The notes: generated by a model not told the origin, from the sequence alone. A stretch of DNA of 64,000 nucleotides from Chara braunii (GCA_003427395.1 BFEA01000013.1:2043106-2107105), one strand, 5' to 3'. Counted from the stretch's first letter, positions 1 through 13,172 are shown. Translations and numbers: made by a program.

Positions 1-73
<73 letters not shown>
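1..73. repeat. (AT)n microsatellite
   Basis: Pure AT dinucleotide run. Confidence 0.98.
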
Positions 74-74
<1 letters not shown>

Positions 75-235
75 GTATTTGTTTTTAAGCAAATCCCTAT
101 AAAAACGCCATAGATTACTGCTTTGGTCTATTGCTTGATTATATGATTGGAAGATTGCATTCTCATACTTGTTTGTCTTATGTGACCCCCCAACTTTATT
201 CTATTGACCTTTTTCCTCCCGTTCATTTTGAAATC

Positions 236-3200
236 TTTCATATCGGTTAAGTTCTCCCTAAGGTCGAGGGATTGTTTGATTTTCTTTTTATTTTTTTTTT
301 ATCCGCGTTGTTCAGTTGGATTCATTTGCTACAACATTCTTTTCGGATAACTTGTTTATGTGATGTCAATTCAACGATCATTGTTTTGCCTTGGTTATTT
401 TCCGAATGCATCTGGGTATGACTGCACCCAGATGCGCTGTGCCTCAACCCACTTCAAATAACCTGATCTCGATTGTGCTAAGAGAGGCCGAACGTGGAGA
501 TGGAGATCAAGGTGTTTTTGACGGGGAGGGAAGAAGTAGAAGGGGGTGAGACTCGTGAAGAGTAGATCAACGTGAAGTAGAAGGGGGCGTGACATAGTGA
601 AGGCAACCAGATTAGCAGGAAGGAAACAAGTGAAGGAAAGAAGTTGGTGAAGTTGGAGGGATCAAAGCGAGGAGGAAGAATCCAACTCATGACAGAGGAA
701 AGCACTGATCGTGCCCGTTACTATGTGACAAATAGACTCGAGGAAACTCTTGAAGGGTCGTTGAAACTCCGACGAAACAGTCGGTCTCTTACCTGGGTAT
801 TAAGGAGATGAACTACGGTTTGTCATTACTATTTTATTACATTGTTCCAACCTCCTGGATTTTTTTTTTTTAATTATATTATTGTGTTATATTATTTGTT
901 ATATAATTACATGGTTGTTTTACCTTCTTGCTGATCTTCACGCAAGGTACCAGCACCCTGCCATTTTGTGTGCACATGGTGATTTTTCTCGTCTATCTCT
1001 GAATTTGTTGTGCCAAACACATTTGAGAGCCACATAGCCTAGGGCTACAGTACTCATGATTACTGTATCGGACCGGCATAGGTAGCTCTGTGTACGTTTG
1101 TGATAAGGGTGTGCTGTGTTTGGGGGGAGGACAGGCATGTGTTCGTTTGCGATTAGGGTGTGCTGTGTGGAGGATAGGCATGGCAAGCGGGCTCTCATTC
1201 GGAAGCAATACGCATGATTGTAAGGCTTGGCCGGTAAGGAAGGGTGATGTCTTTCTTGGGTCCAAATTTGTGATGCAATGAATCTGCCAACTCGCGAATA
1301 ACTCTTCGCGTTTACAGAGGAAAGCCATAGTGTCGGCTCGTGTGAGTATTCAGGGGAGATCACCTACGCGTTTCGCTTGCTGCTGAGTACTTTCATATCG
1401 GTTAAGTTCTCCCTAAGGTCGAGGGATTGTTTGCCTTTTTTTTTTTTTTTTTTTTAATTGTTTGTCCTCGTTGTTCAGTTGGATTCATTTGCTACAGCAT
1501 TCTTTTCGGATAACTTGCTTTTGTGAAGTCGATTCAGCGATCATTGTTTTGCCTTTGTTATTTTGCCAATGCCCATGGGTGTGACTGCAGCCAGATGCAC
1601 TAAATCTCAACTCACCTGATGTCGATTGTGCTAAGAGAGGCCGAACATGGAGATGAAGGGCAAGGCGTGCTTGACAGGGAGGGAAGAAGTAGAAGGGGGT
1701 GAGACTCGTGAACAGTAGATCAACACGAAGTAGAAGTGAACTTTGTTTTTGTTTTCAATTTTTTCTGGTTTCTTTCCCTGCGGATCGGTTGCTGTTGTCA
1801 TTTCTCAATCCGCTGCAGCGTCCACGTGGTCCTGATTAGTTGGTTTATTGGTTGATTGATTGATTGATTGATTAATTGGTTGGTTGGTTGATTGGTTGTT
1901 TGGTTGGTTGGTGATCGATTGATTGATGGATTATCATCATCTAAATTTCTTGTTATCATTATTGTATTTAAGTATTATTATTATTCCTATTATTAATTTT
2001 CTTTCCCCGTCGGTCATGAGCAGTTGCCGCACTTTTGAACCTGTCCGTATTTGGCCATTGTCAGACTAACTGTTTCTCTTAATGAATCTGCTCGGCAAGG
2101 CGGGCATATAACATCTGTGAGAGTCTTCGTATAAATCCGCTTCTTCTTGTTGTCCAGAGCGCGACAGGCAATGACTTTTGTGAGCAGGTAGGTGGTTCTC
2201 CCGCTTCGCTCGGCACCAAGTGCCCGCCATAGGTTACCTGCCAAGTCTCACGCCAAAATTCACCAATTTATTTGTCACGCGTCTCCCGCAAAAAAATACC
2301 CGTTGTGTATCTTCCGCAACGGCGGACGAAAAGGAGAAGTTATCCGTGCGAGTTTGTAGAAGTTTGTGTATAGTTTGGAATCCGACCTGACCAGATCCGT
2401 CAGTAGGACTTTTTCAACTGGCCGTAATTGAGGTTATTCCCCCACCTCTTTTTCCTTTCCCTTTGTTTTTTTTTTCAATTTTTCTGGTTTCTTTCCCTGC
2501 GGATCGGTTGTTGTTGTCATTTCTAAATCTGGTGCAGTGTCCACGTGGCCCTGACCAAAACTACACCTTGTCTTATGTGGCCCATGTGGGGTGTACGTTT
2601 GCGATTAGGGTATGCTGTGTGGAGGATAGGCACGGCCAGCGGGCTCTCATTCGGAAGTAATACGCATTATTGTAAGGCTTGGCCGGTAAGGAAGGATGGT
2701 GTCTTTTTTGTGTCCAAGTTTGTGATGCAATAAATCTGCCATCTCGCGAATGAATCTTTGCGTTTTCATAGGAAAGTCATAATGTCGGCTCGTGCGAGTA
2801 TTCAGGGGAGATCACTCACGGGTTTCGCCTGCTGCTGAGTAGTTTCATATCGATTAAGTTCTCCCCAAGGTCGAGGGATTGTTTTTTTTTTTTTTTTTTT
2901 AGTTGTTTGTCCCCGTTGTTCAGTTGGATTCATTTGCTACAACATTCTTTTCGGATAACTTGCTTGTCTGAAGTCGATTCAACGATCATTGTTTTGCCTT
3001 GGTTATTTTCCCAATGCATCTGGGTGTGACTGCAGCCAGATGTGCTGAACCTCAACTCACTTACGTGGTTATTAGGGAGATTAACTACGGTTTGTCATTA
3101 CAATTTAATCATATTGTTTCAGCGTCGAGGTTTTTTTTTATTTTTATTTTATTTGTGTTTTATATTATTTACTATATAATTAATGGTTGTTTTATCTTCT

Positions 3201-3342
3201 TGCTAATCTTCACGTAAGGTACCCTCACCTTGCCATTTTGTCTGCACATGGTGATTTTGCTCGTCAATCTTAGAATTTGTTATGCCAAGCACATTTGAGA
3301 GCCACATAGCCTAGGGCTAAGTACTCTCATGATTACTGTATC
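236..3342. repeat. About three degenerate tandem copies of a 1.2-1.45 kb unit
   Basis: Anchor TTTCATATCG(G/A)TTAAGTTCTCCC at 236, 1391 and 2843. Further blocks are shared, e.g. 1140-1390 vs 2595-2840 and 790-1070 vs 3065-3342. Confidence 0.85.
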
Positions 3343-4330
3343 GAAAAAGCAAAATAATAGAAAGTAACGGTACTAAATACTTTTGCAGTGTGGGTGCACT
3401 ACGCTTATTCTCAACAGGCCTACTACATTTCAATCTTCAACCCCATGATACTGGTGTGTGTGACGAAGATTCATGTGCATTTGGCTTACTCTGGATGTTG
3501 TTGTCGTATGATCCTAGCCGCCTTCCTTGGCAGGTGCAAGCGGCTAGCTGTCTCCTGTGGCAGGTGATGTTGGATTATGTCAGTCGCTTCTTGTAGCATC
3601 TGCTGTTGGATGATGTCAGCTACCTCCTGTAGCAGGGTGTTGTTGTATGCTAGCCACCTTCTGTTGTACTGTGTTAGCCATTGTTGTTGTATGACGCTAG
3701 CTGCCTCCTTGGCACTGGTCTCTGCATTTCAAACTGTTGTTGCACTGTAATGACCTGTTGCAGGCTGTCCTGGGTAATCTACGAGGCACTACAGTTCGAA
3801 TATCTATCAGGGCCTTGTACATAATTATTTTTACTTTCAGTGATTTAGGGTTTTTATCGTACGTGTGTTGTCATATTCGCTACACGCTAAAAAAAAGCAT
3901 GACCGTGTCAGACTGTTTCGTCACACTTTCACCAACTCATCAGGAGGTTGAACCCCGATACTCTGCCCAGGATTCATTTGACTGATGGATCGCCCAGAGT
4001 TAGCGACACCCCTGAGAAAACTGATCGAGTTTACTCACCCCAACCTTGCAATCCAAGCAGACTTCCGGTCCAAACCCTTGATAAGAACGGTAGTAAGTCT
4101 GAAAAGAGAGAGAGAGAGGGATCAATAATGCACATGGGTCCTGCTTTGTATGTTTGCAAATTTTTCAATGGTTGAGATGTCCCGTAATATGACAAGCTAG
4201 CATAAAATATTTCTCATCCATCAGTCTCTTACTTTCTTTTTGTTTTATTGTGTCAAATTCTGTTGTTAACACAAACAAAGGTTTTTGTTATATGTCGTGT
4301 TTTTTGCCCCTTGTCTAACATGTTTCTTGA

Positions 4331-4406
<76 letters not shown>

Positions 4407-4676
4407 GTAATTTGCACAGGGGTCATGCTAACTGGATCTGCTCTGTATGTTTGCAAAAAAAAGTGTCTACGGTGTCCGGTAGAATGACAAACATAATGTT
4501 TGCATCCATCAGTGCCTGTTCCTTTTTTTTCTTTTTTTTTCGGTGCCATTTTGTTATTAGCACAAACATAGTCTTTCGTTATATATCGCGTTTTTTGCAC
4601 TGTTGTTCTGGTAAATACCAAATTTTAGAAATTGTTGGGGTTTAACAACGATCTTGTTTTTTTTATAATTTTGCAG

Positions 4677-6385
4677 AAGACATTTGAAAAGATGTTTGAA
4701 TCTCTTCTATCAAACGTCAACCCGGAGTCAATTGCATTCGAAGATGAGTTGGGGACAGTTTTTGACAAGATGGATCTTTGTCATAAACCTGTACAAGGTG
4801 GTGGTGGGTTGGACCGAACTAGTCTGCTCAGTCTCAAGCAAGGAGGAAAGTGGGAAATGGCAACATTGACACATCCCCATCGGCACCTCCGAGTGACTCA
4901 TGTTATCTTTGCGGGATACACCCAGCCAGAGCGATTTCTTGCACTGTATGCAAATAACGCCGATGGCTTGATGAATAGATTCAATGTCTTTATTTCATCA
5001 GTTGAGCTGGCGAAGTATCAAAAGAAAAAAAAAATGGCCTCAAAATGTCAAAAGGCATCACAAAGTCCAACCAACTTGCTCCTGAAGTGATCGATATTGA
5101 TCAGCATCGTTCTGTCGGCAGCAAAGCAGTGCTCACTTTGGCAGAGGTATGGTGTTTTCTGTTTTGTAATAAACTTTTTTCCTCCTTCTTTTGCAATCTT
5201 TCAACTTATTTTTTTTTTCTTTTCTTGAAATCAGTTGAATGATTAGTGTAAATCAATTCTTTTTTACTATGCTGACTGTCATGCCAGCCTGATGTTCATT
5301 ATGTCTTTCTCTTATTAAAGAATAGAAAGGTTAAGTGAACTTTATTTTGATGACGAAAATGCAAGTTTTTTGGTTGTTGTACTTTATCTTTGCTTGTGGG
5401 AGTAATTTTTCCCTATAATGATGCGTTTTTCATGATCTGTGCAATGGACAGATATGACTCTTGTTTGTGCCCCTCAAGATATCAATACATCTTCATTTGA
5501 ATATTTTCAATCATTTTTAGTTTGTTATATTGAGATACCACTCGGGCCCCCTCTGGTCACCTTGTTTTCCAGGGCGGCCCGACAGTGTAAGGGTAAGGAA
5601 AGTACCTCTGCAAAAAAAAAAAAAAAACCCTGAAAAAAACTATGTTGTGCGGAAAAATAAACCGAACAACTTTTCCCTCAAAGTCGTACTAAAATTTTTT
5701 ACCAAATTTAAAATAAAATCTTAAATTAAATAATATATATATCATCCTGTGATGAAACGCAGAGAGCAGAGTCTCGTGGCATAGACAATGTACATATGTC
5801 TAATTAAAAAAAAAATAATGGTTCTCGTTACATTTCCTGTTGCAGCTATTCAAGAGAATATGGTTGATGCATCATGATGTGGAGAATTTTGGCGCAACAA
5901 CGTTGCATAACTATTGGATTGGCGACAAAGCATTGGAGTCTTTCATAGAGGAATACGACGAAATCCAAGGGGTTCTCTCTGCATTGCATAAAGCATTTCT
6001 ACTTGGGAAAGGAAGTATGTAAAAAAATAAAAATTATTGGAGGTCTGATACATTTTGCAATGTTTTTGCAGGTTTTTATGCAAAGATGAAAGGAGAGGTG
6101 ATCATTGTATCAACAATCCTCCATGTGATCTCTTACGCATTATCCTCCATTGAGGACAATCTCGATGAATCGGAGGATTTTGCTGATTGTCGGATATCAC
6201 AGTCCAGTGTTGATTATGCTCGAAAATTTCTTCGTGTATCTTGCGATCAACGACGGACTCTGATTAATGATGGACAATTGGTGTCAGTTATCAAGATCGC
6301 CCGTGCAGGAAAGAATGTCAATGAGTCCCCCGAGACTCTGGAAGACGAACAGTTAAACAATTCTCAGTCCTTCCTTATGCGATTT
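4677..6385 (+). pseudogene. DUF3987/YfjI-like ATPase, exons 2-4, duplicate copy (4677-5146, 5846-6014, 6072-6385)
   Basis: Motifs KTFEKMFESL, FEDELG, DRTSLLSL..GGKW, GYTQPE, DGLMNRF, FYAKMKG..ILH and RISQSSVDYA. Canonical AG/GT boundaries with consistent phases. Frameshift in the A-run near 5025-5034. Confidence 0.75.
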
Positions 6386-6888
6386 GTAAGTACCGAATTC
6401 CTTATTTTTGTCACCTAAACTTGTATTGACGAGCTGTTAGAATCATAACGGGCAGGTGAACAATATCATTGCATACATGTTTCTTTCTTTTACCGAAGTT
6501 TACCTCTTTCGCCCCAACTATCCGAATTGACCTGGTCGAAACATGCATGGTAGGATCTTCAATTGCAGGGTGACTTCGACCATCTGTGTGCATGTTTCCG
6601 TTCCTACCATTACGAAGAACAACAATGACAATTGTCTGTCTTGGGTCAAGGTCTAGGATCTGGGAATTGAGTAATGAGTCAGTATGTTTCTTGAATGAGT
6701 TATTGGATGCAATCTCTAGTTGAATTCTTGCTTTTTATCTATGCTACTAAAGTGGTCCGGGGCAAATTGCATGCCCAAGCCGAAAAAAAAGAAAAAAAAA
6801 ATATTAATCCTAGTTTACCAGTCAGGCCGCCCGGGTCACCTTGTTTTCCAGTGTGGCTTGGCCGTGCAAAGGCCAAGGAAGATCCAAT

Positions 6889-6938
<50 letters not shown>

Positions 6939-6979
6939 CACAAAAGTGATTTGATTATTTTTTTTTTTGTTGTTTTTGG

Positions 6980-7019
6980 GGTGGTGGGTGTGTGTGGGTG
7001 TGTGGGTGTGTGTGTGTGT

Positions 7020-7054
<35 letters not shown>

Positions 7055-7171
7055 CGTGTGTGTGTGTGTGTGTGTGTGTGTTCGCATGTCACGGCGTGTG
7101 TGTGCGTGTGTGTGTGTGTGCATGTGCGTGTGTGTGGGAGTGTGGTGGAGGCAGGGCGGGCCGACCCTCAC

Positions 7172-7270
<99 letters not shown>

Positions 7271-7305
7271 CAATCAATTAACCAATCATCAATCAATCAA
7301 TCAAT
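6980..7305. repeat. (GT)n and (TCAA)n microsatellites
   Basis: Seen directly. Confidence 0.9.
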
Positions 7306-7644
7306 CTTTTTTTTTTTTCCCGACCCCCCACCATCAACCCACCCCGAGCAAACACCCGAACAAACTTTTTTTTTTTTCGTTTTTCTTTACTTTGGGGGGT
7401 AACCCCCGAAATGCACACCCCCCCCACCCCCTCACATGTCAGAGACACCCCCGGGAAGGCCGCCGAAACGGCTCATACGGCCGTACGTACGGCGCGTACG
7501 GCTGCCTGGGTGGCCATACGTACGGTCGTATGGGCTGTACGGACGCCCCGTATCTGTACGGGGTGTTTCACAGGGCCCAACTATGAAAGTTTGAGCCTCG
7601 AAAAACAAAAGAATAAAAACCGTTCTCTTTCTGTTGGGGGGAGA

Positions 7645-7713
7645 GTTCCTATTTTAATTGCAGCGCCTGATATGGCCTTTCCACGATTAAACAATATTAG
7701 TTTTTGGTTATTA
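7645..7713 (+). pseudogene. cox1: Mitochondrial cox1 fragment (small NUMT or chimeric read)
   Basis: Translates to [23 protein letters not shown], nearly the plant/algal COX1 motif [23 protein letters not shown]. Flanks are unrelated. Confidence 0.85.
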
Positions 7714-10700
7714 TCGGCAATCACGCCTTGAAAAAGTTGGCAAGTACCAGGCAAATTTTGCAAAGTTGGATGGCAGCCAGTATGGGTTATGCTGCAGAGA
7801 TGGGGGCACCAACCGACACCAGGGGTATTTTACAAAATATTCATCTGGCAGGGCATTCCACTTTATTCACATCTTTTTGGGTAATTTTGGCATACATCTC
7901 AAGTATGGGCGTATTTTGCAAATTACCCCTTGTTTTTTTTATGTATCCTTCATAAAAATCGGCGATGGCCCTGAGATATCATCCCGGCCCAATTTTGTTT
8001 TGAAAAACTGTTGGGGTATTTCGTTAGATACCACTGACACAAATGGGTAGGCCGAAATGGTTCAAACTTCTGCATCTGCCCTTGTGTCGGGTCATCGAGA
8101 ACTTCGTCATATGCCCCGCCACTTCGCTGCAGGGGTGCGTATTGTTTTGCTATCCAAAGGGTCCAACACGCAAAAATATAAGGTCATATAGACAAGTTGT
8201 CAAGGGCCCAATAAGAGCATATGCAAAAGATGATAGGTCTAATTGGCAAGTGCGGTATTTTGCAAAGTTTCACAACTGTCATAGGTGCTTTGTGGTCATC
8301 CATAAATTTTATAAATATCCTATGTTAGTATGCATTGTTGTGTTTATGGAATCTGGAAGTTGTGGTGATAGGCCCATGGGCAAAGTATTGACAAGTACTG
8401 GTGGTTTAAAACTACACTATAATATTCATCTGGTTTATGGCATAATTCATCGTGTTCTCTTCTAACTATCTTTTACAATTAAGGGATGCATTATAACTTA
8501 AGGTTGGATCCCACAACGGCGTGGTAAGTTTTGGAAGAGTTTTTTTAAGACTTCACTGGGCGTGGGCAGTTTGGCTAAACTATTGCGTCGTTATTAATAC
8601 TCTTTGTACCCTTCGCTTTCTAGTCATTCCATCAAATCCCAATGCTTCCTTTACGCATAGGATGATTCAACCAAGAAAGTACCCCCCCCCTCCTCGCCCC
8701 CCCCTTCCTCCATCCAGTGTGGACCCCACCCTCCTTGTCCCCCCGTCCCTCCATCTAGTGTGGACACAAGGCACTGAGATTGGATGGAGTGCTGTAAAAG
8801 TGGAAGTCTACTTGTCCCTTCAACCAACATTTCCTGCTTCGCTAACAAGAAACGAGCAAGGTCCCGAAAAATTAATTTGTCGGTGGGATCCACTTCCTCT
8901 TTCCCGTTGCCGTAGGCTACTGTTTGTACTTTGCAAACATTTTCAGATTTTTCCTAAGCGTTTTTCTGTGGGCTTCATCCCTTATTAAATGAAAAAGGGT
9001 TCGCCCCCCATTGTAATGTACCCCTGTGAGTTTTTTTCCTATTTTACAAAATGCCCTGCTAATTAGTATTTTTTCCAAGGCCATATTGCAAAAGGACAAG
9101 GCCTAAAAAGCGTGGTCCAAATCGTAAATTTGCACATTGACTTGACAGTGGCACGACAAGAAGATCTTGGTCCAAAAGGGCATTCTGCTCTACTCACATC
9201 TTTCAAGGGGCTTTTGGATTCATATGAACTTACAGGGGTATTTTGCAAATTATCCATTTGGCTGTCCAAAGGGCTTTCTGCTCGGATAGTTTTCAGATGG
9301 TGTGGTGGATTCTCAATGTCCACCGTTGTATAGTTCCCAACATGCAAAATTTGTTACATGGAAAGTCCTTTAAAGAGCTCACGGAGACCCTCATTTGGAG
9401 AGTGTACCTGGAGTCTGGGTGGACAAAAGGCTAGTGACGCCGTGTCTTGTACTGTTGCCACGGCGTCTGATAGTGAACTTACAAGTTGAGGAGTTGTACG
9501 GCGGATAGTAAGTGGAGTCATGCCGAGTTTTCTCCCATTTTGAAAATTCTGACAACTATACACAAATTACAAAATTTTATATAGTGGACAATAGTGGAGT
9601 CAGTCCCATCATCGTGAAACTAAGTAGCGATAATTCACGGCATTTGGTTCATCGGGATTCGAACTGACGTTTGGATTTCAGGAGTTAACGGGTGTCCAAA
9701 CTGACTTAGGCCAACATAACTAAAATGAAACCATTACCTACGGACCTAGCTCAGTTGATATACCACTGAACCGTTGGCATACAAACTTGAGTTCGAATCC
9801 ATAGGGAACCAGATGAACAAAATTCATGAATTAGCAGGGGCCATCTCCTTTTTTTTTTTCTTTTTTTTTTACTCAAATGAAAAATTTTCTTTTTCTTTTT
9901 CTTTTTTAACTCATAAATGAAACCCTTACGGAGTATCGCCGGAGCCAAGTTCCACTTGCTCCATTTTGTTGAGCCAGTTCAACGTTGTGACGCAATTATT
10001 GTGAATTGTCAATTCAAAACAAATGCAAAAAAAGAGGAAAATATTTTCAAATTGTTGATTTTTTATTTTTTACATTTTCGAAAAAGTAAATTTGAGAAAG
10101 CAACGGTACTAAATATTTTTATCAAGTTTTATGATTTATCTATATTTATAAAAATTTAAAATACAGAAACAAAATATCCTGAAGAGAAACTCTCCTTAGT
10201 TCACACGACTCACGATGTAAAGCATCAAAACAACATGGACAATATTCCTATCTCTGTGCATTCACCCGCCCAAACAACCCAAACAAGTATCCTTCCACGT
10301 TCGTTAAAGTTCCCTCCCACGTCTGCCAGACTGCCCACCCTGAATTTATCCGAATATCCTCCCAAGAAAGGTAATAAAGGCTTAGCCTCCGTTGAATGAC
10401 TATGCAACTTGGCTACGCCACTCCGAGTGGCCCGAGGTGGGGTAGCCAGTTCAATGGAAAAGCATGAGGGTAGAGTGTGTTGTATTCGGGGGAGGGAGGG
10501 GGGGGGGGGATTTCTTTGAATTATCTTGAACCAAAATAAAAAAGCAAAAGTGTTTACCATTCCTATAGGTAAAACCAATGGCCAAATGCGCAACATGGGA
10601 TGTATCTCCAACGTCGCTCCCAATCACATGCGGTGAGCCAGTTGAACGTTACACTGGGTTAATAGTGTAGGAGGGGCTTTTATGTTTTTTTAGAGTAAGC

Positions 10701-10728
10701 TACATTTTCTCTGAATTTCACCTCACAT

Positions 10729-11082
10729 CACCTACCTACCACTACTCCTAATTATAGTCATACGGGGAACCCCGTAGCACCCAGAACTTTGTTCACGAGA
10801 GAACATGCGGGGGCTGCTCCCGACCTGCAGGTGGGCGATACTGGCCAGGGGACTGCCGGTAGCATCAGGGAGCATGCCAATGCGACCAATCGTTGTGCCT
10901 CGCCTCAGGTCCCTCCCCTACAAACATCAGCAGACCCTGCTAAATGTCGGGGGATCCAGTGGTCTATCTCCAGGTGGCGGGCGCCAAGTATGCGCAGGAG
11001 GTACATGAGGCCAACGGGGATTGAACCCACAACCTCCTGAATGCCACTTGCTAGCCAGCCTTACCAACTGAGCTAGGCCGCT
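10729..11082 (-). mobile_element. tRNA-derived SINE-like unit 1
   Basis: Minus-strand head AGCGGCCTAGCTCAGTTGGTAAGG...GGGTTCAATCCCC with Pol III A and B boxes. The 3' block is shared with the neighbouring units. Confidence 0.7.
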
Positions 11083-11207
11083 CGATTGTGTATGTGGGAC
11101 TTGGCCCCCAGTCAGCTCTGTAATGATTTTTTTTTTAATAAAAAAACTATGCTTTATTCTTCTCTCAAATCTTTCATCACCTTTCAAATTCTTTCAATTC
11201 ACCTTCG

Positions 11208-11652
11208 CTACCTACCTATCACTACTCCTAAGGCTTATACAGGGGACCCCTGCCAACGTAGCTTTGTTGTCTCCCTCCAGCCATTAGAGGGGATGCATGT
11301 TGCCCCCCGCCCCAACCATGGTGGTCCAGAATGGGGTGGGGCCGTTGGTGGGGGTTTGGTTAACGCAAAGACCGAGCATTTTGCCAATAGCTGCACCTCC
11401 CTTTTCGTTGTCCCCCACCCCCAACCGAATAACAGCAGTGTCTAAGGCCAACACTCTCCCACATACCACACACAACCCACTCACACTCACACTCACACCT
11501 GTGTTGGCCAAGGACCTTGCTAATACCGATCAGAGGTATCAAGCGGTCTATCCCCGCTGGTTGGCACTAAGTGTGCCACAGGCGGTTGTGGGGCTCGAAC
11601 CCACAACCTCCTGAACACCACTTGTGTGCCTAACCAACAGAGCTAGGCCGCT
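11208..11652 (-). mobile_element. tRNA-derived SINE-like unit 2
   Basis: Head AGCGGCCTAGCTCTGTTGGTTAGG...GGGTTCGAGCCCC. Body is homologous to the + strand copy at 39031-39420. Confidence 0.75.
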
Positions 11653-11834
11653 GGATTCAATATGAGTTTTTTTTTTTTTTTTAGGGGGGGGAATTCTTCC
11701 ATTTTATATTCTTCTCTCAACTTTTGTGTTGCCTTTCACTACCTACCTATTCCTAAGGCTAACCAGAGGGGACCCCTCCAAGCATAGCTACCTCTCACTG
11801 TGAAGGGGCTCAAGGCCATCGGCCCATTGCCGTC

Positions 11835-11885
<51 letters not shown>

Positions 11886-12713
11886 GTCGGAATCTGGGCG
11901 TGTATTCGTCATAAATGCAGAATAACAGAGGAATCGCGATTTTCTACACATCTCTATAAGCACATCCAATTCTCTTTGCTGCCAATGGTGGGACTCGGCC
12001 CCTGGTTGCATCAAGCTCCCTCACAAGGTCTGGAAATTATAGATGCATGCCGCCATAGGAACGCAAAAGATGCATTCAAAAAAAGAGGCGGGCACGCTCG
12101 TACGCACCGTACGAGCTGCCGCTATGAGGCTCTGTCGTATCGAATACCGATCTCGCAGAATATCCTGGTTAAAAAAAAAAAAGTCAAATATTTTTGTTGA
12201 GTTGTCACGGCATAGCGGTTTTGGCCAATCGTCTGTGGGATAGGTGCGCATCAACTCCGACATAGCGCGCGGTGTCAGGGTTGTCTATCCCTTCACACAC
12301 ACGCGGATTTTTGGGCGCGAGTTTGCACACTGCTCCTCGTTTCCACCGGCTTGGCGGGAACTTCCGCACTGATGCTGTACCTTTGGCGGGAGCTTGTGGC
12401 AGCGGATTTCACGACGTGTCTGTCTCTCTTGCGGCATTCTCGAAGCTCTCTCCCGCTCTTTGTATTGCGAATTCCTACAATTCGGGTATAAGGTTTTTGT
12501 TGTTGGGCTGATAGTGGTGACACAACTTAATACAACCATGGAGATTGACGAAGACTCTGTTTCACTGAGGGTCGAAGCAGGCATGAGTACGCTTGCTCCG
12601 ACAATTATGAACTTCGCAGTTTCCAAATCTATAAAGCGAACCTAAATGGCTCAGACTGGAACTGAAATCATTTGTCGGTGGTACTCCCACATTGTTGAAG
12701 CGAGTGATAAGCT

Positions 12714-13172
12714 ATGGCCGCCAAGCAAGGTTCGAAAAGGTGCAGAGCGAATGAGATTGATGGCACTCTTGAAATGGGGAGAATCTTGGGGAGGGCATTC
12801 TCTGCAGTTCCCGCCATACATACTTTGTTGCCTCACGAACTTGCGACGATCACGAATGATCTCGCATCTGAGGCGGGCTGCTCACCCCGGATGGTTGTTG
12901 CACCCATCATGTCGATTGCAGGGTTGATGATGGGTTCTCGGGCGCACATTCTGATAGAGGATAATATGTGGGTTGAGAACCCAATATTCTAGTGCGTTAT
13001 CTTGGCCTTCAGCGGCACCAACAAGTCACGTGCCTTTGGCAAAATCTTGGGAGCGCTTCACAGAGTGGAGTCGGATATACAGGATCTTGTCGCCTAACAT
13101 TCCCCAATAGATGAGTTCGAGAACACCCAGGAGAAATAGGCGGCCAAGAAATTGCAGTTTCATCTCGCTGGA
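12714..13172 (+). pseudogene. DUF3987/YfjI-like ATPase, exon 1 (N-terminus and Walker A-like motif)
   Basis: LLPHELATITNDLASEAGCSPRMVVAPIMSIAGLMMG...WVENPIF*CVILAFSGTNKSRAF, with three in-frame stops. Ends at donor GGA|GTAAGG in phase 0, matching acceptor TTGCAG|AAG at 32455/4677. Confidence 0.72.

Larger units (their letters stand above)
67..6910 (+). repeat. Copy 1 of an apparently identical ~6.8-kb duplication (copy 2 at 27845-34688, offset 27778)
   Basis: Every ORF from 395 to 6593 recurs with identical translation at +27778, and microsatellite lengths match. The copies diverge in the poly-A starting at 6890/34668. Confidence 0.95.

Noticed and set aside
6720-7586. 288-aa ORF and similar long ORFs (42172-42818, 44727-45964, 62198-63005)
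   Set aside because: Open only because of microsatellite or low-complexity composition.
7730-9400. Gene or transposase remnant
   Set aside because: Short ORFs on both strands have no identifiable motif; only a recurring GGTATTTTGCAAA-like word was noted.
10635-10661. piggyBac-like terminus (…CACTGGGTTAA)
   Set aside because: No matching inverted end was found in the window.
11009-11082. Functional tRNA gene
   Set aside because: A and B boxes are present, but there is no convincing anticodon arm, and the sequence heads a longer dispersed repeat.
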